From Mytilus trossulus (Eukaryota): a DNA stretch of 64,000 bases. The notes under the pieces are model-generated. The model ran no database searches and was not told the DNA's origin. It saw nothing but the letters and a program-made list of their open reading frames with translations. The number at the start of each line of letters is the position of its first letter. Position 1 is the stretch's first letter. Both the position numbers and the translations under genes were made by a program. Positions 59,258 to 64,000 of this stretch are shown here, in pieces. The stretch lies in contig NC_086386.1 of the NCBI RefSeq assembly GCF_036588685.1, positions 17,298,001 to 17,362,000 of the forward strand, read 5' to 3'.

Positions 59258-60748
59258 AACAAGAGTGCACACACTGAAATGTCTCGCCTTCTTTACTAAT
59301 CATTGATATTATGTTGATAATCCTAATAATAAAGCTTTATTACAACTGTCACATAATCTTAACATAAACCAAGAAAACTAAACATTGACAATTGAACCAT
59401 GAAAATGAGGTCAAGGTTAGATAAACCATGCCAGGTAGGCAAGTACAGCTAACAATTCTTCCATACAACAAATAAAATTGACTTATTGCTTATAGTTTAA
59501 GAAAAACAGACCAAAACACAAAAGCTTAACACTGAGCAATGAATTGTAAAAAATGAGATCAAGGTCAAATAAAACCTGCGCGACTGACATGTAGATCATG
59601 AAATATTTCCATACACCAAATATAGTTGACCTATTGCATATAGTATTAGAAACAAAGGCCAAAACTCAAAAACTTAACTTTGACCACTGAACCATGAAAA
59701 TGAGGTCAAGGTCATATGAAACCTGCCAGGTAGACCTGTACACCTTACAACCATTCTATACACAAAATATAGAAGACCTATTGCAAACAGTATAAGAAAA
59801 ACAGACCAAAACACAAAACTTAACTATAACCACAAAACCATGAAAATGAGGTCAAGGTCAGATGACACCTGCCAGTTGGACATGTACACCTTACAGTGCT
59901 TCCATACACCGAATTTACTAGACCTATTGCTTATAGTATCTCAGATATGGACTTGACCACCAAAACTTAACCTTGTTCGCTGATCCATGAAATGAGGTCG
60001 AGGTCAAGTGAAAACTGTCTGACGGGCAAGTGGACCTTGCAAGCTACGCACATACCAAATATAGTTATTCTATTACTTATAATAAGAGAGAATTTAACAT
60101 TACAAAAAATTTAACTTTTTTCAAGTAGTCACTGAACCATGAAACCTTACAACCATTCTATACACAAAATATAGAAGACCTATTGCAAACAGTATAAGAA
60201 AAACAGACCAAAACACAAAACTTAACTATAACCACTAAACCATGAAAATGAGGTCAAGGTCAGATGACACCTGCCAGTTGGACATGTACACCTTACAGTG
60301 CTTCCATACACCGAATTTACTAGACCTATTGCTTATAGTATCTCAGATATGGACTTGACCACCAAAACTTAACCTTGTTCGCTGATCCATGAAATGAGGT
60401 CGAGGTCAAGTGAAAACTGTCTGAAGGGCAAGAGGACCTTGCAAGCTACGTACATACCAAATATAGTTATCCTATTACTTATAATAAGAGAGAATTTAAC
60501 ATTACAAAAAATTTAACTTTTTTTTTCAAGTAGTCACTGAACCATGAAAATGAGGTCAAGGACATTGGACATGTGACTGACGGAAACTTCGTAACATGAG
60601 GCAACCATATACAAAGTATGAAGCATCCAGGTCTCCCACCTTCTAAAATATAAAGCTTTTAAGAACTGAGCTAACATCGCCGCCGCCCCTGGATCACTAT
60701 CCCTATGTCGAGCTTTCTGCGACAAAAGTTGCAGGCTCGACAAAAAAA
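59258..60748. mobile_element. Pearl/HINE-type element with about 150-bp internal repeats and a recent 402-bp internal duplication
   Basis: Starts AACAAGAGTG..ATGTCTCGCC; repeated AACCATGAAAATGAGGTCAAGG; 59742-60143 is repeated at 60144-60549; (CGC)n; end hairpin CTGCGACAAAAGTTGCAG-GCTCGACAAAA resembles the end at 27549-27576. Confidence 0.78.
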
Positions 60749-61148
60749 CTGCCCCAACCTGGATTACCAAATCGACCCCCACTTGTGAACCGTGTTAAAT
60801 CCCGTTAATATTACCCCTGCCAACTGGTCCCACCTAATGGAAATCGGTGAAATCTAGATAAATATATTAATAACCAGGATGAATTTAGTAATGCCAACTC
60901 ACCCCACTTATGGAAAAAGATGTTATCCCATGGAATATAAGTTCAATTCCATATATTGAACACTGGACACTTTTAATTTGCAAAACACTCATTTGCAAAT
61001 CCGCCGCCGCCTCAAACAAAAGCTACAATATCATGTATATGACCAAAATGTGCGGAATTACATGGGATTCAATAATTTCATTGGTTTTCTACTGTTTTTT
61101 TCATATTTATTTTGCAATTTGAATTATAAAAACATGGGATTTTCAATA

Positions 61149-61354
61149 TCCCATGGGACAGGGTAAAATCCCATGGGATTGACCATTATCCCATGGGATT
61201 TTGGTTAAATCCCATGGGATTTTTTTTTGTCCCATGGGATAATTGTAGTCCCATGGGATATTTGTTGTCCCATGGGACAAAAAAAATCCCATGGGATTTT
61301 TATTATCCCATGGGATTTTTAATATCCCATGGGACAAATTAAAATCCTATGGGA
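61149..61354. repeat. Array of 10 perfect TCCCATGGGA palindromes (plus degenerate flanking copies), period 19-21 bp
   Basis: Copies start at 61149, 61169, 61189, 61210, 61230, 61249, 61268, 61287, 61306 and 61325; degenerate copy at 61345; variable AT-rich 9-11-nt spacers. Confidence 0.95.
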
Positions 61355-62233
61355 TTCTAATTGTAAATATATAGATATAAATATACAGTAATGTGTATGT
61401 TACAATGTATTCTATTTGGTAGTAAATTATTATAATATGAATCTTTTTAATTGAATATCTTTTTTTCTTGGGAAATGTTAATTTAGCATATTGTTCTATA
61501 ACTGTTCAAAACTAAACTTTTAAACAACAAAGCAGATAATGTAAGTATCAATATATGTTTATTCATGAATTATAGAATACTTTCTTGAAACACAATTATT
61601 TCCCATTTGAAATCAACAAAAAATCTATTGTTAATAGGCTTAATATACTACATGTACTAGTAGCTATTTAAGTAAATCTATTTTTTTTCACAATATCCCT
61701 CAACACAAAACATTAATAGTTTCTTATCATCCAGCATTGTTTGATGGTATAGTCCACTTTTTGGTCATTCAGCACAGAACTTTGACATTATTGTGGTTTC
61801 AATATTTTTTTGTATTTAAAAGAACTTCAAATCATTGACTGAGTGTTGAAAATAATAACTGATCCAACTTTTGTCTTTGAATTTATTCTGGTCTTGTTTT
61901 TATGTTTTCTCCATTTATTCTAGGTGGTGAATTTCAATCCTTCTGAAAAAGAACCAATAAAATCTAAAGTAATGTATTATACAAAATTGTTTGCATACAT
62001 GTAGCAATAATATGATTTTCAATAAAAATAGCTATGCGGTATGGATTTTACTGATTGTTAAAGGTTGTCCAGTGTCATCAGTTGCTAAAGGCCTACATCC
62101 TTTGGTCTCTGATGGAGGGTTGTCAAATAAGCAATATACCACATCTTCCTATTCTAATACCATATAACAATCAATTAATTTGTTCTTCTTTATAACATTT
62201 GGGTATTTTCCCAAGTTGTATACATAATATATA

Positions 62234-62434
62234 TACTGTAAATTCAGAATTAATGCGATTTTTTTTTATTGGGAAAAATGCAACAGAGTTGTAAACGCAA
62301 TAATTTAAACTCGCATTATGAAATATTTTATATGGATTAAACAGGATTTTTCTCAAAATCGTAAAATCGCATTTAAGTCTAAAATGACAGAATCGCAATT
62401 AAAAATGCACGCAATAATTTATGAATTTACAGTA
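62234..62434. mobile_element. MITE with TACTGTAAATTCA TIRs in a TA context (Tc1/mariner-like); decayed relatives near 41064-41250, 42255-42605 and 48253-48447
   Basis: TACTGTAAATTCAGAAT...ATTTATGAATTTACAGTA, with internal TGCGAT/ATCGCA. Confidence 0.68.
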
Positions 62435-62853
62435 TAAAGATCAATGTTAAAACTGACAACTATAATAACATTCCATTATTCACAAGAATTTGCAATATAT
62501 TATACAAAATGTAGACAACAGAAACAATATTTCTTTAAGCTTTTGAAGTTCTGACAAATTTCAATTTGTGTTTTATTTCAATGAAAAAATACCTTGAACT
62601 CTTTGAACATATTGGAAATTATAACATTGATACAAAAAAATTATGTATGTTTCATCCTTATTTGTTGTGTTGTTGGCTTGCTGTCTCATTTTAATATACA
62701 TTTATACATACATCAATAATCTTCTTCTTTATTAAAAGTAAAAATGGGATATTTTTGATTTTGATATCCCAAAACATTATAGTTCTATAAAATAACTTAT
62801 TACCAAGTTCAAAAACACCAATGTGTTTGATATTAATTTTAAGACATGTATAA

Positions 62854-63146
62854 ATGTTCCAGACCATATCAGTATTTGGATCTTACGTTTACGGTCCAGA
62901 ACTTACAGTCCCACCATAAGTGTACAGTCAGACCATTTAAGTATACTTGTACTGTCTGGTACCAGCTCGACCAAACCTGTGTTTTTATTTTAATTGCATT
63001 TAAACTTTTTGTATTAATATATTAAAGTCAAAGATTTCAGTTATGTTGATTTGTACTGTACATTTGTTTCTAATAAACTTGACCAACTTCTTAAAATTGG
63101 GCAGACTGTATGCGCACAGTCCAAATACTTGTATGTTCTGGAACAT
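62854..63146. mobile_element. MITE with ATGTTCCAGA TIRs
   Basis: ATGTTCCAGACCATATCAGTATTTGGA / TCCAAATACTTGTATGTTCTGGAACAT. Confidence 0.65.
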
Positions 63147-64000
63147 AAACATGATTAACAAGCATTTGACAGGATGTCATGCTAAAATCCCATTTATATT
63201 AGTACTAAATTTTGAGTATATACATGTAAATCCACAAATTACTTACTGAAATTCATGGGGAACACTCACCAAAAACTAAAAGAGGATACAATTTAGAGGA
63301 AAGACTGGACAGATGAAGTCACTAACACTATCAAAACAGAGCATAAAACTTACCGAAAAACAAGATGTTTTACATTTATCCAGGAGCAGGATAATTGAAA
63401 AGTTTTTTTTTTTCTTTCTCTGCCGTCCATCATATAACCTTTGAATTCATTCATGCAAAATATGAAAATCTGCAAAGGTAAGACCTTGAACCTCAGCTTA
63501 TCCACATTTTGAATTTTGAACTGCATACTTGTCCTTTTCATCTTGCTGACAACCTAAACATAAAAAAATGATAAAAAATTAATTCTAGATTGACTTTGTG
63601 TTTTTATTTTTGTTGGTACAAACAATTTTCTCAACTTTAAAACGAAAATATCATCACCAAAATGGAGGTCATACTAACCTCCAAAATATTTAAACTAACC
63701 GAAATTATTACTTGATTGAAAATCTTGTCGTAAATTAATGGCATAGATACTCTTATTTTTGGAGACTTGATGTCTATTGCATACTTATATTCCTGTGTAC
63801 GAGACTATGCATATTTAGATGGACTCCATGGACTTTAATGTTAAATAAGCATGATTAATTTTACAGTTTTTCAGCTCTATGTGTACATTTTGAGAGAATC
63901 TTGCAATACTGTATATTCTGATATTCAGAACTTATTGTGAGGTTTTTATTAATACAACTGAAAGCTGTATCCCATTTTCATTTCTGATACATATTTATGA

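Larger units (their letters stand above)
61720..63553 (-). pseudogene. Possible decayed spliced gene or lncRNA 3' exons, continuing beyond the window
   Basis: Minus-strand splice signals (acceptors near 63554 and 61943; donors GTAAGT near 63353, GTGAGT near 63269, GTATTT near 62592), but no continuous open frame. Confidence 0.3.

Noticed and set aside
60910-61337. ORFs with PWD/SHG/PMG repeats
   Set aside because: Translations of the palindromic array in several frames on both strands.
61149-61354. CRISPR array (palindromic repeats with variable spacers)
   Set aside because: Repeat (10 bp) and spacers (9-11 bp) are far too short, the context is eukaryotic, and there are no cas genes.

Overview
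AT-rich eukaryotic genomic DNA with GT-AG spliceosomal introns. The repeat families and gene content suggest a bivalve mollusc, probably a Mytilus-like mussel (inference). Five protein-coding genes were built by hand with frame-consistent splice junctions: (1) a 13-exon SLC6 Na+/Cl- amino-acid transporter (+, 8366-23387); (2) an intronless, RING-less B-box/coiled-coil/NHL TRIM-like gene (+, 28671-30353); (3) an unrecognised secreted protein whose N-terminal part is encoded by seven consecutive symmetric phase-1 exons, five of them 36-51 nt, ending in a three-finger/Ly6-type domain with no GPI tail (+, 31490-41566); (4) NDFIP (-, 46022-51121), head-to-head with (5) an ankyrin-repeat/SOCS-box gene (+, 54293-55573). 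The non-coding DNA holds the most notable system: an intact minimal type I hammerhead ribozyme (-, 37908-37954) in a 354-nt tandem 'retrozyme' unit. That unit also carries a pseudoknot-like module. Several decayed hammerhead copies of two families and two Penelope-like RT fragments, the likely mobilising partner, occur in the same window. Also present: a phased array of ten TCCCATGGGA palindromes, a 19 x 52-bp tandem repeat, a tRNA-derived SINE with a 13-bp TSD, Helentron-type (pearl/HINE) elements, several MITEs, a perfect 39-bp hairpin and local templated duplications. All coordinates were read by eye, and repeat boundaries are approximate.
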